Below are positions 24,304 to 37,300 of a stretch of DNA of 64,000 nt, in pieces. The notes beneath the pieces were generated by a model. It had not been told where the DNA came from and did not search any database. It was given only the letters and a program-made list of their open reading frames with translations. Source of the DNA: Marsupella aquatica (taxonomy: Eukaryota; Plantae; Marchantiophyta); contig OZ316899.1 of NCBI GenBank assembly GCA_973895155.1, positions 2,499,355-2,563,354 of the forward strand, written 5' to 3'. The position numbers and the translations under genes are program-made. Within the stretch, counting starts at the first letter, position 1; each line of letters begins with the position of its first letter.

Positions 24304-27300
24304 TGTCACGTCGTCAGCCTTGGCCTTACTCCGGGCTTCGGCTTAAACAGGCACATCCTTTGTCAAAATGAGGGTTCGGGCAGGGAGGGAGGCACGGAAT
24401 GCACCCAACTTACATAAAATAGCGCTAAGTGCGCCTATCATCATATACGGACACCTCCTAGGTATGATTTGTGTTCCACCGCCGGAACGTACCTCAATCG
24501 ATAGCAGGATCGACCCTGGCTTAAGGGCTTCTAAGCCTTCGTATTGTCCGCCTTTGATTCGGATTTTGGTGGTATGGGTGCTCAACCCGGGCTCGCAACC
24601 ACGTACACGCAAGCTGCACCCCGTGCACTACTTGGGTAGTGCGTTCGGCCAAGCGTTGGCACCTATACACGAGATTCACACACACACATACATACGCACA
24701 AGCATAAAATCTCAATTTATACGAAGGAAATAACGGAAAGGGATTTTACTCCATAAGAGACATACGCGTACACTTTAGTTGACCCGAATGCTCTGGAGTG
24801 AACAGGTCCGAGGCCGAGGGTGTACACTACAACGGAGCCCGGCTCCGCACTCGCCCAACGAGCTTAGTCTTACACCCTCCCCTTGGTACTCTTCCACTCC
24901 CAGAGGTCGGGACTCCCCGCACATACCGCGGATGTCCAATACTGAGACTAAAAACCCCCTGCCTCTATCGAGGGGTGCACTAAATACTAAGGGCCGAGGA
25001 ACGGAGTGTCCTCCCGCCCAAAGATTTGCTGACTTAGGTCCTAACTAATCTGACTGTCAAACCGAAAAATGGCTGTGTCTTATTAGAAGATCCTAACCTA
25101 CGCAGGCCGGACAGCATGGCGGTGCTGCTCTAACTAGGGTAGGTTCCTGTCCCCATAGGCTGATTTAGCTATTCCTAACCCTATTCTATTCCTACTCCGC
25201 CGCTAATGCCTGGCACGCTTGCTAGAGCCGCCCGAGTGGGAGCGGCCATCCCACTACTTACGAAGTCTATCGTTGTCCGCCTTGAGGAGCTGGACCTGGT
25301 CCAGCAGAGATTCATTCTCTCGCTTCGCCGCGTCCGTCTCCTCCGCTCCCTCCTGGCATGCCTCCTCCAGCCGCTGGACGTTGCTCGTCAGCTTGCCTGC
25401 CAGCTGGTCCTGCTTCTCGGCTTCGATTTGGAGCCGTGCCACTTCGGCCTGTAGCGTGGCTATCTCCACAGTGTCCTGCTGGGCCCGTTCTTCGGCCTCC
25501 TCTAGGTCTTTCTGCCAGATGACAGTTTGATTCTTCAAACTGTCAATCTGATTCCGGAGTCGTGCAATCTCGGCCTCGTTCCCAGTTTTGGCCTGTTCGG
25601 CTAGGGCGGTAAGGGCGTGCGCCTTCGCTAACAACTCATCGGCGGCTGCAACTTTGGGTCATAGTTGCAGAAGCTCAGCCTCTTGAGTTGCAACTTCGTT
25701 CTTTAAGTATAAGGACTCCACCCGGTACCGCTCTATCCTCTGAAGGGCCTCTGACTGGGCCCAACCTGCCTTTACTGCGGCAACCAACTCCTGATTGAAG
25801 AAATAGGCTACCTTCCGGGCCATGAACTCCCCGGTATCCCGGGCAATTTGATGAGAGAAATCTCCCAGAAGCCCATTCAGAAATGTACCCAGTACGAAGA
25901 GTTTTGGGTGGTCCAGGTTGTGCCTGTCCGGAGTTTGGCACAGCCAGACGTCAACACGTGCGGGGGCCGGGGCAGTGACATCTAGCCCTGGGGACGTAGT
26001 GTTGGAAGGGGTTGGAGTGTCCTCGTGCAGCAATGTCCGGTTCTCCGGAATAGCCACCGGTGGGTCTTTGGGAGACCCGGGCTCGAGTGAGGCCTCCGCT
26101 GTCCCGACTTCTGTACTTGGCCCGGCCTGTTGGATCGCATCTACGGTTGCGATTACCGACCCATCCGGTACCTCCTTGGCCACGACTACACCTATTTGTG
26201 GAGGTGGGGTGGGTGAAGCCTGCGTGGCCGCTGGACTTCGGGCCTCGGGTTGGGGCCGTCTCTCCAAGGCCGGGAAAACCCACCTAGCTGGGACCAGCTT
26301 TGTAACGTTGACACGGGGAAGGGTTCGTTGATCAAACCGAGCATACCACTCGAGAATGATCTCGATGTGGCTAGCGAAATACGCCTTCCCGCCAATGTAT
26401 AGCGTCTTTCTTTGCCGCTCCATCTCTTCATGGAATTTCTTAGCAAAGTACGATGCCCACTTCCTAGGTTGATAGTTCTCGACCTGGATAACCTGGGCAG
26501 CGGAGATCTCCCCCCGGGGTTCCATCATGTGGAGGGCGTACCTTTGGAACTCCAGTTGCTTAGCTATCTCGGGGATGAGGCAGGTCCTCATCACAAACCC
26601 GTTGTCCACTGATCCCTCGGAGGGAAAACTCGAGGATTGGTACTTGGCTTCCTTGCCCCCGGGAGCCCGTGATTCGACTTGGTGGTCACCTTCGGGTAAC
26701 CCAAAGATCATCTTGAGCTGTTCTTCCGTGAGGGACATATTCCATCCCCGCAGCCGAGTATGTTGACGTGCGTCATCATAATTCTTGACGAATTCCATCA
26801 TGTCCTCCCCGTAGTACCTGCAAGTGTTCCAGGGGAGAGAGGTGAGGTGCTCGAATCCCTGAGTCTTCAGGTACACCGCATGTTTGGGATGGAGGATGTT
26901 TTTATGCACATTTTCCCCCATGCGGTGCATTGTCACCTTGGCCGCGGCTACCGTGGCCAATGGTAACCCGGATGCAGCGGCGGGTTCCTTCCTCTTCTTC
27001 CCCCGTGACTGGCTCGGGGAGGGTGACACCTCCCCATCCTCTCGATCGGGCATAGGTAGTGCTACCGCCGTTAGTATTGGGCCCGGGGCGGCCATGGTCA
27101 CCCTGTTGTCTGGTGGAGCCGCTCCTTGGGTCCGAGCATGGGGAGGGGACGATGTAGTGTCGGCCGCCTGAGCAAGGGTGGGGTAGCCTCGTCGTCGTCG
27201 CTAAGGTCCACAACGTTGATGATGGAGCGTACTTGTACTGGCGGGGCGATCGGCGGTGGGGGTTGGCTAGGCTGAGGCTGAGATTGAGACTGAAGCTGAG

Positions 27301-28287
27301 CCAGAGTTTGCGTTGGTGCGGGTATGGGTATGGGGTCGACTGGGCTGGCACCGGCGGTTGAGGGTCTAGTTCCCATGAAGCTCTGTAGGTGCTGGTAGAA
27401 GTTCTCCGAAGCAAGTGCAGACGGCCTTGTCGAACGGGTAGTGCTGGACTCGCTGTTGATGATAGCCCGAACCTGAGCAGGGATGTGGTCAAAGTGATGT
27501 CGTTGCAAGTCGATCATACCCGGGATATTGAAGACCTCGTCCGGAAGCCGAAGCAATGCTTCCCAGAAACCGATATATTTGTCTCCGTTGAAGAAGTACC
27601 CAGATACCTCTGCTGGTCGGTAAAGCTCGCTCTGAGACGGGTAGTCAAAGTTAAGGATATAGTGGTGTCGTCCTGCTAGGCGGATGGCTCTCTCGTACTC
27701 GCGTTTGATTTTGTATCGGCGCGGGTTGGCGTGTTTCAATGAGTCGGCCAAGTGTCTTCCGGTAGATAGGAACTGCGTCCAGAATTGAATGGCCGAACTG
27801 GAGAGGATTGTGTGCGATATTCAGAGGAGATAGCAGTGGTGACTAAGAGAGAACGAGAGAGCTAGGGTCGAAGCTGGCGCGTGGACTGATGGACTGGTGC
27901 ACTATAAAGGGTTGGCTCCCTTTTTATACCTTGAGGGCTTGTCGATCACCTGACGTCTCCTCGTTGCCTATAGGCTGAACCGTTCACGCTTGTAGTGTCC
28001 CGGCCACTCCGCCGGTCTGAATCAACGCGTGTTAGTGGCCGCTTCCCTAAGTTTGTTATACGGACCCGAGGGAGGGGCCCCTCCATGCTCGCAACCCGAG
28101 CGTGCGAATGGCGACACGCCGCCAGTCCGAACATGAATTCCCCTTATTGACTAATGATTTCCTACTCATAATGGTTACCTAAATACTGTCGTTATGCTAA
28201 TAATAGCGGCCTAAGATACCCCTAATGCACATGCTAAGCGCGGTCTAGACTGAATTACTCATTACTCGCCGTACCGGCAGTGTCACA
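24304..28287 (-). repeat. 3' LTR of gypsy B (3984 bp)
   Basis: TG...CA termini; 7 differences from the other LTR in the first 200 bp compared by eye; PPT AAGCAGGGAGCTA at 28288-28300 on the minus strand. Confidence 0.95.
25254..27751 (-). pseudogene. LTR-encoded gene of family B (3' LTR copy; about 840 aa when reconstructed; start codon uncertain)
   Basis: ORFs 27098-27751, 25659-27101 and 25254-25634. The lesions (25-nt deletion near 27165, TGA at 25659) are absent in the other LTR. Conserved domain GFEHLTSLPW..EFVKNY..TRLRG..LT...IFGLP; C-terminal coiled coil. Confidence 0.85.
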
Positions 28288-31200
28288 TAGCTCCCTGCTT
28301 AACTGTGAAGCGTCCTCGCAAACATCACTTTCGGCATTGTCGTCTTGATGGTGGTACTTCTTTACACGATCGTAACTGACTTGCATGGGGAGTAAATCGC
28401 CGGCGTACGCCGCAAGCTCCAAAGATCCGTTAGGGTAGATCTGATTGACTAGGAAGGGCCCTAACCAACGGGTATGAAGCTTCCCTAGAAATTGCATGTA
28501 CCTACTATCGTACAGAAGGACCAGATCGCCTGTCACGACATTGACCTTCCATAGTCCTTTATCGTGCTGCTTCTTAGAAGTTGCTTGCTGGTGTATGGCA
28601 TGTCGAGATGCTAGTAGCCGTGCCTCTTCTAAGGCTTCAATCTGATAAGCTCGGTCTAACGAACTTTCAGGTGTGGGCAAGCGATCCCGAATGCTGACCC
28701 GTGGAGTGTGTACTTCAAACTCGACTGGCACCAACGAATGTTGGCTGAACACGAGAAAGTATGGGCTGTGACTCGTAGTAGTTTTGTAAGCTAGATTATA
28801 CGAGTACACCGCTGCGTACAACTTATCATCCCAATCCGTTTTGTGCGTAGCTACAATTTTGTTGAGGATCTTCCCAATGATACCATTGGCTCTCTCTGCC
28901 ATCCCGTTGGCTTTAGGATGATACGGGGTAGTCTTGCGGTGCTTGACTAGGTAATGCTCCGTAAGCTGGGCTACAGTGTCATTGAGGAAGTGTGTTCCAT
29001 GGTCGCTTACCAATTCTAAGGGCGGTCCAAACCGGGTGAAAATATGTTCATATAAGAACCTGGGGCTGGTTGCGGCGTTGTCCTTCACCGTAGCCCGCGC
29101 TTCAACCCACTTGATGGAGTAATCTATAGCTAGCAGGATGTACCTACATCTTCGCCTTCGGGTAACAGGAGTGAACGGCCCGATGTAATCAATACCCCAC
29201 TTTTCAAAAGGTGCTAAGGGAAGCATAGATGTGAGAGGGTGATGATGAGCTCGTCTCGGGGCCCCAGCCCGTTGACACAGGTCACAGCCCTTGATGAAGC
29301 GTTGTACATCCTGATGCAACGTAGGCCACCAATACCCTGAGTCCAGAATCTTTTGGGCTGTCGTGATAGCCGCAAAATGGCCTCCAGCTTCTTCTTCATG
29401 CAAGGCCCGCATCACGATAAGTGTTTCCTTATACTCTAAGCAGCATCGTAATTTCCCATTAACTCCTTCCTTATGTAGGTGGCCCTGTATCATGACATAA
29501 GGCCCGACTTTCCTTAAAAACACAGCGGCGGCTTCCTGATTGATGTCGTCAGGGATGCGGCCCGTTAAGAGGAAGGTGATTATTGAACCGTACCACATTG
29601 GCGTCCCCACCCCTACGTGGAACAATTCCTCATCCGGAAAAATATCATTAATTGGCTGATCGATTGGTACGCCGTCCAGCCTTGAAAAGAAATCGGCGTT
29701 GAGGTGTACCTTTCCTGGCCGAACCCAAACTTTGTAGTTAAATTTCTGGAGAAGTAGCACCCACCGGGCTATCCGTCCCGTCACGTCCGCTTTGTTGACC
29801 ATGTACTTCAGGCTATCATGATCCATGTGGAATATGACCTTGTAGCCGAGCAGATAGTGTCGGAACTTTTTACACAAGTAGATTATTCCCAGGGCTTCAC
29901 GATCAGTGGGGGAATAATTTTTGTCGGCTGCAAATAATTGATGGCTAGCAAAGTAGATGGGGTGGTCGCGTCCGTCCTCATCAAGCTGACTGAGCACGGA
30001 TCCAATACAGAACCCTGACACATTGACATACACGTGGAACTCCTTATTCCAGTCTGGAGTGACCATGATAGGTGCAGTGGTGAGTCGTTTACGGAGTTCT
30101 TCGAAAGCAATCCGTCTTCGGGGTGTCTCCTCGATCACCGCGTCCTTCTTCATCATCTCAGTTAAGGGCAACGCAATTTTAGCAAAGTCTTTAATGAACC
30201 GACGGTAATACCCTATACAGCCCAAGAAGGATCGTACCGCTTTTTGATCCACGGGGAACACCACCGCCATCCAGGCTGTGACCTTCTCTTGGTCCACCTT
30301 GATACCCCGTTTGGACACACAATGCCCGAGTAACACTCCCTCCTCTACCCCGAAAAAGCATTTGGTGGGATGTAGTTTGAGGTTAACCTCTTGGCATCGT
30401 TGCAACGTACATCTTAGGTGTTTGGGGTGCATGGCGACGGTTCCAAAGATGGCGAAGTCGTCGATAAATATCTCCAGAAATTCCCGTAGGAAATCGTGGA
30501 AGATATTCATCATGAGTCGCTGAAACATGGCCGGAGCATTACACAGTCCGAACGGCATTCTCCGAAATGCGAAAGTCCCCCATTCTGTAGTGAACGTTGT
30601 TTTGAGCTGATCCGAGAGGCGAATCCAGATTTGGTTATAACCCGAATACCCATCAAGGAATGTATAAATTTCATTTTGGGCTACCATATCTAGAACCATA
30701 TCCGTGAATGGTAACGGGTAATGGTCTTTTCGGGTCGTGTCGTTCAGCTTAATAGTCCTGACAGATCCGGATCTTAGGTTTTCCGTCCGTACCTCCCTTT
30801 TTTGGTACAATGATGATGGGAGAGACCCAGTCGTTGGCCATTACCGGGTAGATGATATCTGCGGCGAGGAGACGATCAATTTCCTCCTTCACTAAGATGG
30901 AGTACCTCGGGTTCATGCGACGTTGTCGCTGCCGTACTGCGTGGGCCCCCAAATTCAAATTGATCGTGTGTTCTCCTAACTCGGGGGAGACTCCGGTTAA
31001 ATTGTGATGGCTCCATGCAAACACATCTTCATATTCCTTGAGCAAAGCTTGGATAGATTTTTCTGCCTCCCCAGTCAGAGCGTGGCCTAGGTTAAAAGAC
31101 TTATCCATCCCAATGGTGTACTTCCGGTAGTGCTCCTTCCTGATGACGTCAACCTGGTTCCGCAAGCTTGGGTCCAGGCTCGCATTGAGTTCAGCTAACC

Positions 31201-34200
31201 GAACTCCTCCGTACATGGGTGGAACCGGGATTGGTTTCGGGATTGGAGTTACTTCCTCCAATTGTGGGATGGACGGATCCCAGGAGACTCGTTTCTTATG
31301 TCTTGGTCTCAGGTTTTTGGCATCGGGCGGTTGTTTGGCCGGTTCATGGTCACGAGGCTCTGCACTGGTAGAAGCAGCATCGGCGCCCTGCTTAGCTGGA
31401 GCCGTGTCCTCCGTATTGATCGGTTGTTTTTGCGTTTCCTCATCCCAGGCGGTGGAGGTGCTCGGGGTGGACTCAATAGCAGTCTTTGGGTAATTCAGGA
31501 GATGTGTTTCCCGGGTTGCCTCAACTTCGAAGACATCTTCCTCGGACAGGGACGAGATGAGTTCAATCATATTGAGTTCCTCTTCCTCCAAGGTCTCCGA
31601 ATCATATTCCTCGGGTCCCTATGGAGTTTCACCCTTGTAATCGTCCATTGCCCATGATACCCGTACTGTGGGTGTCCCGAACTGTAGCTCCTTCTTTCCC
31701 CAATCCGTGACTACACGGCCACCGTACAGCCACGGCCTGCCTAGGAGGACCGGATAAGAGGAGGGCCGAACCGGCCTCATGACTAGGAAGTTGAGATAGA
31801 ACTTCACCCCTCCCACCAGAGTGAGCACCCGTGTGAGCGTGCCTAATGGGAGGACCCTTGCCCCGTTTGCTAATCTGATAGCTCGGGCCGTGGGTTGATA
31901 TGTGAGGTATCCTAACTTGACTGATGTTTCTTCAGTCATGATGTTGACTCCCGCTCCTCCGTCCACGAGAACCATCTTGATGGTACAATTATTAATTTCA
32001 ATCGAGATGTCCGGCGCTCCCAGGTCCTCGCATATCATGTTGCAATCCGCGATCCCAACACGGGGTAGTCGCCTCCGTCATCGACCCGTAAGCAACTCCC
32101 TCAGTTGCCGTTGGTACTGTGGATTGTTTTGCAGCAGTTGTCCTACTGTTGCTATAACCGGGCAACTCTTCACGTCTTCCTTAATATCATAGTCCTCCTT
32201 CTTTTCTTCCTTCGGCTGCTGCTTGACTTCCTCCTCCTGCTTTTCTTGCTTTTCTTGCTCCTGTCGTCGGGCGGCTTCAGCTGCTTTGATGTCCTTATTG
32301 ATTGCCTTCTGGTATTCCCGAGCTTCGTAGGCCTCCAGCTGTTTCTTTACCATTTCTTCGATGCGGGGGAAAAATAGCTTCGGGTCGTCCCGATGATAGT
32401 CATCATCTTTCTCTGGGGGTATGTCTATCGATGGCTACACCGGAGTAGTATCTTGCTTTTTCCTGCGTTTCTCCTCCTGCTTCTCTTCCTTCCGTTCGGC
32501 TCTTGTTGACACTCGGTAGCACTCAACCTCGTCAGATGGATTAGGGTGCTCCACCACGTCCACCAGATTCACCCACTCGGTGTTGTCATCTTGCCATTCC
32601 ACAGCAATCATTCGGACGACTACATCGCTCGTGGCCGGTCCGCCCTGAGCTGGTCTTGCTCCATTTGTTCGAGCGGCTATTACCAATGGACAATTGGCCA
32701 TGGAATGAGCTTCCGTTTTGCAGACTTGACATAGTGGCATGCCACAGCCATCCCCCTGGCGTCTTGGTTCTGTGCATTCCCTTGCAAAGTGGCTTGGCTT
32801 CTCACAGTTGTAACAAACCGGGGATCGTCAAATCCCTGGTTTAGGGGGAATGCTAGGATTACTGATAACTTGGAAACTTTGGCCATTGTTTGGGTAGGGG
32901 TATGCAGTTCTACCTGCTAAGTTACGTGGACCCACCGTTGAAATTTGATACACCGAATCAGGAGGGTCTTCAAAGAAATACTCCATGGACTCCGCTTCAG
33001 GTCCCGGGTTGTCGACATCATCTAATTCCACCTGATGAACTCGGTTCTTCCATCTTGGGCATTCTTGCACGACATGCCCGGATTGGAAGCACTTTGAACA
33101 CCACGCATGGGCTCGGATCTCAGATGGCTTCTTCTTCTCCACCGGCTTTTCCGCAAGATGTACTGACAGTGCTTTGAGGCAATCCGTGATTTCGTTAAGC
33201 TTGTCTGCTTTGGCAGCCTTCGGATCGGGTATCGTTCTTCGAGTACAGGATTTGATTTTCCCCTCCTTCTTAACCCTCCTTTTCTTCTTCTTGCTCCGGC
33301 TCTCGCTCTCCGAATCACTTCCCGATGAGCTGGTGGTGGAGGACCCATTGTTCGAAGTTGAATCCAAACTAGCTTCTGTCTCCGAGCTGGACGAGGTCGA
33401 ACGATGTTTCTTCTTCTTCTTGCGTTTCTTCTTCTTCTCGTCGTCTGATTCAGAGTCACTGTCACTGAAGGTCTTGTACTTGCCCTTCTTGCGGCGTGCC
33501 CACTGGGTTTGCCGGGAGTTATAGGTGGACTCCCGGTAGGTTTCGGCGCACGCTATGGCTGCTTGCATTGAAATTGGGTTATTCTGGCGCATCCAGAATT
33601 GCATATTCGTGGGCAAACCATGGAGGAACCACGTAAGCTGGAGTGCGTCACCAGGCCTGGGCCGTATCTTGGCAGCAAGTTTCTGAAACTTCTGAATGAA
33701 CTTTCGCAGGGACTCTTTTTTTCCCATGCAAAGCTGGCCGATCTTTAATAAAGAGCGCTGCTCGGATCCAATAGCACAAAATTCTTGCAGCAACGCAGCT
33801 TGGAATTGTGCCCATGTAGTACCGGGTGGCAGCGAGTTGTACCATGGATGAGCTTCTCCCCGCATCACTCCAGGGAGGACGGTTAGCTTAATGGCGTCTT
33901 CCCCGTTAGCCTTAGCAGTGGCTTCACACGCATCCAACCATTCATCCGGATCATCCCCATGACGCCCTTTGAAAGGTCGATAATGAAACTGCGATCATTG
34001 CGATATTTGTGGAGGAGCTTGGGCAGCACGGGCCATCGGTGGGGCGGCTGCCATAGGTACTGGTGGCGGTGCTGGCGGTGGTGCAGCAGGAACTGAAGCA
34101 GGACCGGTTGGACCGGACCCCGAGGGTCCTGGTGGTATGTTCATTCGCCGAGGTGATTGCGAATCCTCCAATCCTGAAGAGTCAGAGCTTGCTGTGGTTG

Positions 34201-34261
34201 CACTCTCTCGTTCGCTAGTCAATCTCCTCAAGTAAGCTGCTTGAGAACGAGTGACGGGCAT
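28255..34261 (-). pseudogene. gag-pol: gag-pol of gypsy B: single frame with 5 in-frame stops and a frameshift in RT
   Basis: Gag capsid motif (FKGRHGDDPDEWL..GEAHPWY); three CCHC knuckles (CSKCFQSGHVVQEC, CYNCEKPSHFAREC, CQVCKTEAHSMANC); PR LVDGGAG; RT LDGYSGYNQI..MPFGL..FIDD; RH; IN HHCC and KWGIDYIGP. A 2-nt loss breaks DYRKLN near 30750. Confidence 0.93.
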
Positions 34262-34358
34262 TTACTCATATACACGCGCTGGTTAGTAAGTCACACGGGC
34301 CTGGTGTATTTTGCCCAGGTGCACCCGCACATGTCTCCCCTCTACTACACGTAGAGTG

Positions 34359-34377
34359 CCCCCTCCATCTAGCGCCA
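34359..34377 (-). other. Primer-binding site of gypsy B, tRNA-Asn-like
   Basis: TGGCGCTAGATGGAGGGGG; one mismatch to the complement of the plant tRNA-Asn 3' end as recalled (CCCCTCCTTCTAGCGCCA). Confidence 0.7.
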
Positions 34378-34390
34378 AAAACAAAGGCTA

Positions 34391-37300
34391 TGTCACGTCG
34401 TCAGCCTTGGCCTTACTCTGGGCTTTGGCTTAAACAGGCACATCCTTTGTCAAAATGAGGGTTCGGGCAGGGAGGGAGGCACGGAATGCACCCAACTTAC
34501 ATAAAATAGCGCTAAGTGCGCCTATCGTCATATACGAACACCTCCTAGGTATGATTTATGTTCCGCCGCCGGAACGTACCTTAATCGATAGCAGGATCGA
34601 CCCTGGCTTAAGGGCTTCTAAGCCTTCGTATTTTCCGCCTTTGATCCGGATTTTGGTGGTATGGGTGCTCAACCCGGGCTCGTAACCACGTACACGCAAG
34701 CTGCACCCCGTGCACTACTTGGGTAGTACGTTCAGCCAAGCGTTGGCACCTATACACGAGATTCACACACATACATACGCACAAGCATAAAATCTTGATT
34801 TACACAAAGGAAATAACGGGAAGGGATTTTACTCCATAAGAGACATACGCGTACACTTAGTTGACCCGAATGCTCTAGAGTGAACAGATCCAAGGCCGAG
34901 GGTGTACACTACAACGGAGCCCGGCTCCGCACTCGCCCAGCGAGCTTAGTCTTACACCCTCCCCTTGGTACTCTTCCACTCCCAGAGGTCGGGACTCCCC
35001 GCACATACCGCGGATGTCCAATACTGAGACTAAAAACCCCCCTGCCTCTACCGAGAGGTGCACTAAATACTAAGGGCCGAGGAATGGAGTGTCCTCCCGC
35101 CCGAAGATTCGCTGACTTATGTCCTAACTAATTTGACTGTCAGGCCGAAAAACGGCTATGTCTTATTAGAAGATCCTAACCTACGCAGGCTGGACAGCAT
35201 GGCGGTGCTGCTCTAACTAGGGCAGGTTCCTGTCCCCATAGCCTGATTTAGCTATTCCTAACCCTATTCTATTCCTACTCTGCCGCTAATGCCTGGCACA
35301 CTTGCTAGAGCCGCCCAAGTGGGAGCGGCCATCCCGCTGCTTACGAAGTCTGTCGTTGTCCGCCTTGAGGAGCTGGACCTGGTCCAACAGAGATTCGTTC
35401 TCTGGCTTCGCCGCGTCCGTCTCCTCCCCTCCCTCCTAGCATGCCTCCTCCAGCTGCTGGGCGTCGCTCGTCAGCTTGCCTGCTAGCTGGTCCTGCTTCT
35501 CGGCTTTGGTTTGGAGCCGTGCCACTTCGGCCTGTAGCGTGGCTATCTCCACAGTGTCCCGCTGGGCCCGTTCTTTGGCCTCCTCCAGGTCTTTCTGACA
35601 GATGACAGTTTGATTCTTCAAACTGTCAATCTGGTTCCGGAGTCGTGCAATCTCGGCCTCGTTCCCAGTTTTGGCCTATTCAGCTAGGGCGGTAAGGGCG
35701 TGCGCCTTCGCTAACAACTCATTGGCGGCTGCAACTTTGGGTCGTAGTTGCAGAAGCTCAACCTCTTGAGCCGCAACTTCATTCTTTAAGTATACGGACT
35801 CCACCCGGTACCGCTCTATCCTCTGAAGGGCCTCTGACTGGGCCCGACCTACCTTTACTGCGCCAACCAACTCTTGATTGAAGAAACAGGCTACCTTCCG
35901 GGCCATGAACTCCCTGGTATCCCGGGCAATTTGATGAGAGAAATCTCCCAGAAGCCCATTCAGAAATGTACCCGGTACGAAGAGTTCCGGGAGGTTGTGC
36001 CTGTCCGGAGTTGGGCACGGGCAAACGTCAACACGCGCGGGGGCCGGGGCAGTGACATCCAGCCCTGGGGACATAGTGTTGGAAGGGGTTGGAGTGTCCT
36101 CGTGCAGCAATGTCCGGTTCTCCGTAATAGCCACCGGTGGGTCTTTGGGAGACCCGGGCTCGAGTAAGGCCTCCGCTGTCCCAACTTCTGTACTTGGCCC
36201 GGCCTGTTGGATCGCATCTACGATTGCGATTACCGACCCATCCGGTACCTCCTCGGCCACGACTACACCTATTTGTGGAGGTGGGGTGGGTGAAGCCTGC
36301 ATGGCCGCTGGACTTTGGGCCTCGGGTTGGGGCCGTCTCTCCAAGGCCGGGAAAACCCACCTAGGTGGGACCAGCTTTGTAACGTTGACACGGGGAAGGG
36401 TTCGTCGATCAAACCGAGCGTACCACTCAAGAATGATCTCGATGTGGCTAGCGAAATACGCCTTCCCGCCAATGTATAGCGTCTTTCTTCGCAGTTCCAT
36501 CTCTTCATGGAATTTCTTAGCAAAGTACGACGCCCACTTCCTAGGTCGATAGTTCTCGACCTGGATAACCTGGGCAGTGGAGATCTCCCCCCGGGGTTCC
36601 ATCATGTGGAGAGCGTACCTTTGGAACTCCAGTCGCTCAGCTATCTCGGGGATGAGGCAGGTCCTCATCACAAACCCGTTGTCCACTGATCCCTCGGAGG
36701 GAAAACTCAAGGATTGGTACTTGGCTCCCTTGCCCCCGGGAGCCCGTGATTCGACTCGATGGTCACCTTTGGGTAACCCAAAGATCATCTTGAGCCGTTC
36801 TTCCGTGAGGGACATATTCCTTCCCCGCAGCCGAGTATGTTGACGTGCGTCATCATAATTCTTGACGAATTCCGTCATGTCCTCCCCATAGTACCTGCAA
36901 GTGTTCCAGGGGAGAGAGGCGAGGTGCTCGAATCCCTGAGTCTTCAGGTACACCGCATGTTTGGGATGGAGGATGTTTTTATGCACGTTTTCCCCCATGC
37001 GGTGCATTGTCACCTTGGCTGCGGCTACCGTGGCCAATGGTAACCCGGATGCAGCGGCGGGTTCCTTCCTCTTCTTCCCCCATGACTGGCTCGGGGAGGG
37101 TGACACCTCCCCATCCTCTCGATCGGGCATAGGTAGTGCTACCACCGTTAGTATTGGGCCCGGGGCGGCCACGGTCATCGTGTTGTCTGCTGGAGCCGCT
37201 CCTTGGGTCCGAGCATGGGGAGGGGACGATGTAGTGTCGGCCCCCTGAGTGTTTGCTCCTCTGGGCCGCCTGAGCAAGGGTGCCTCGTCGTCGTCGCTAA

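Noticed and set aside
24368-24733. Antisense ORF MRVRAGREARN... recurring at 24368, 34455 and 50734
   Set aside because: Recurrence is explained by LTR identity; the copies are broken by different stops and indels and show no recognisable motif.
28255-34261. In-frame stops in gypsy B gag-pol as programmed read-through
   Set aside because: There are several stops, mostly explicable as C>T changes, plus a frameshift in the essential DYRKLN motif; ordinary decay explains them.
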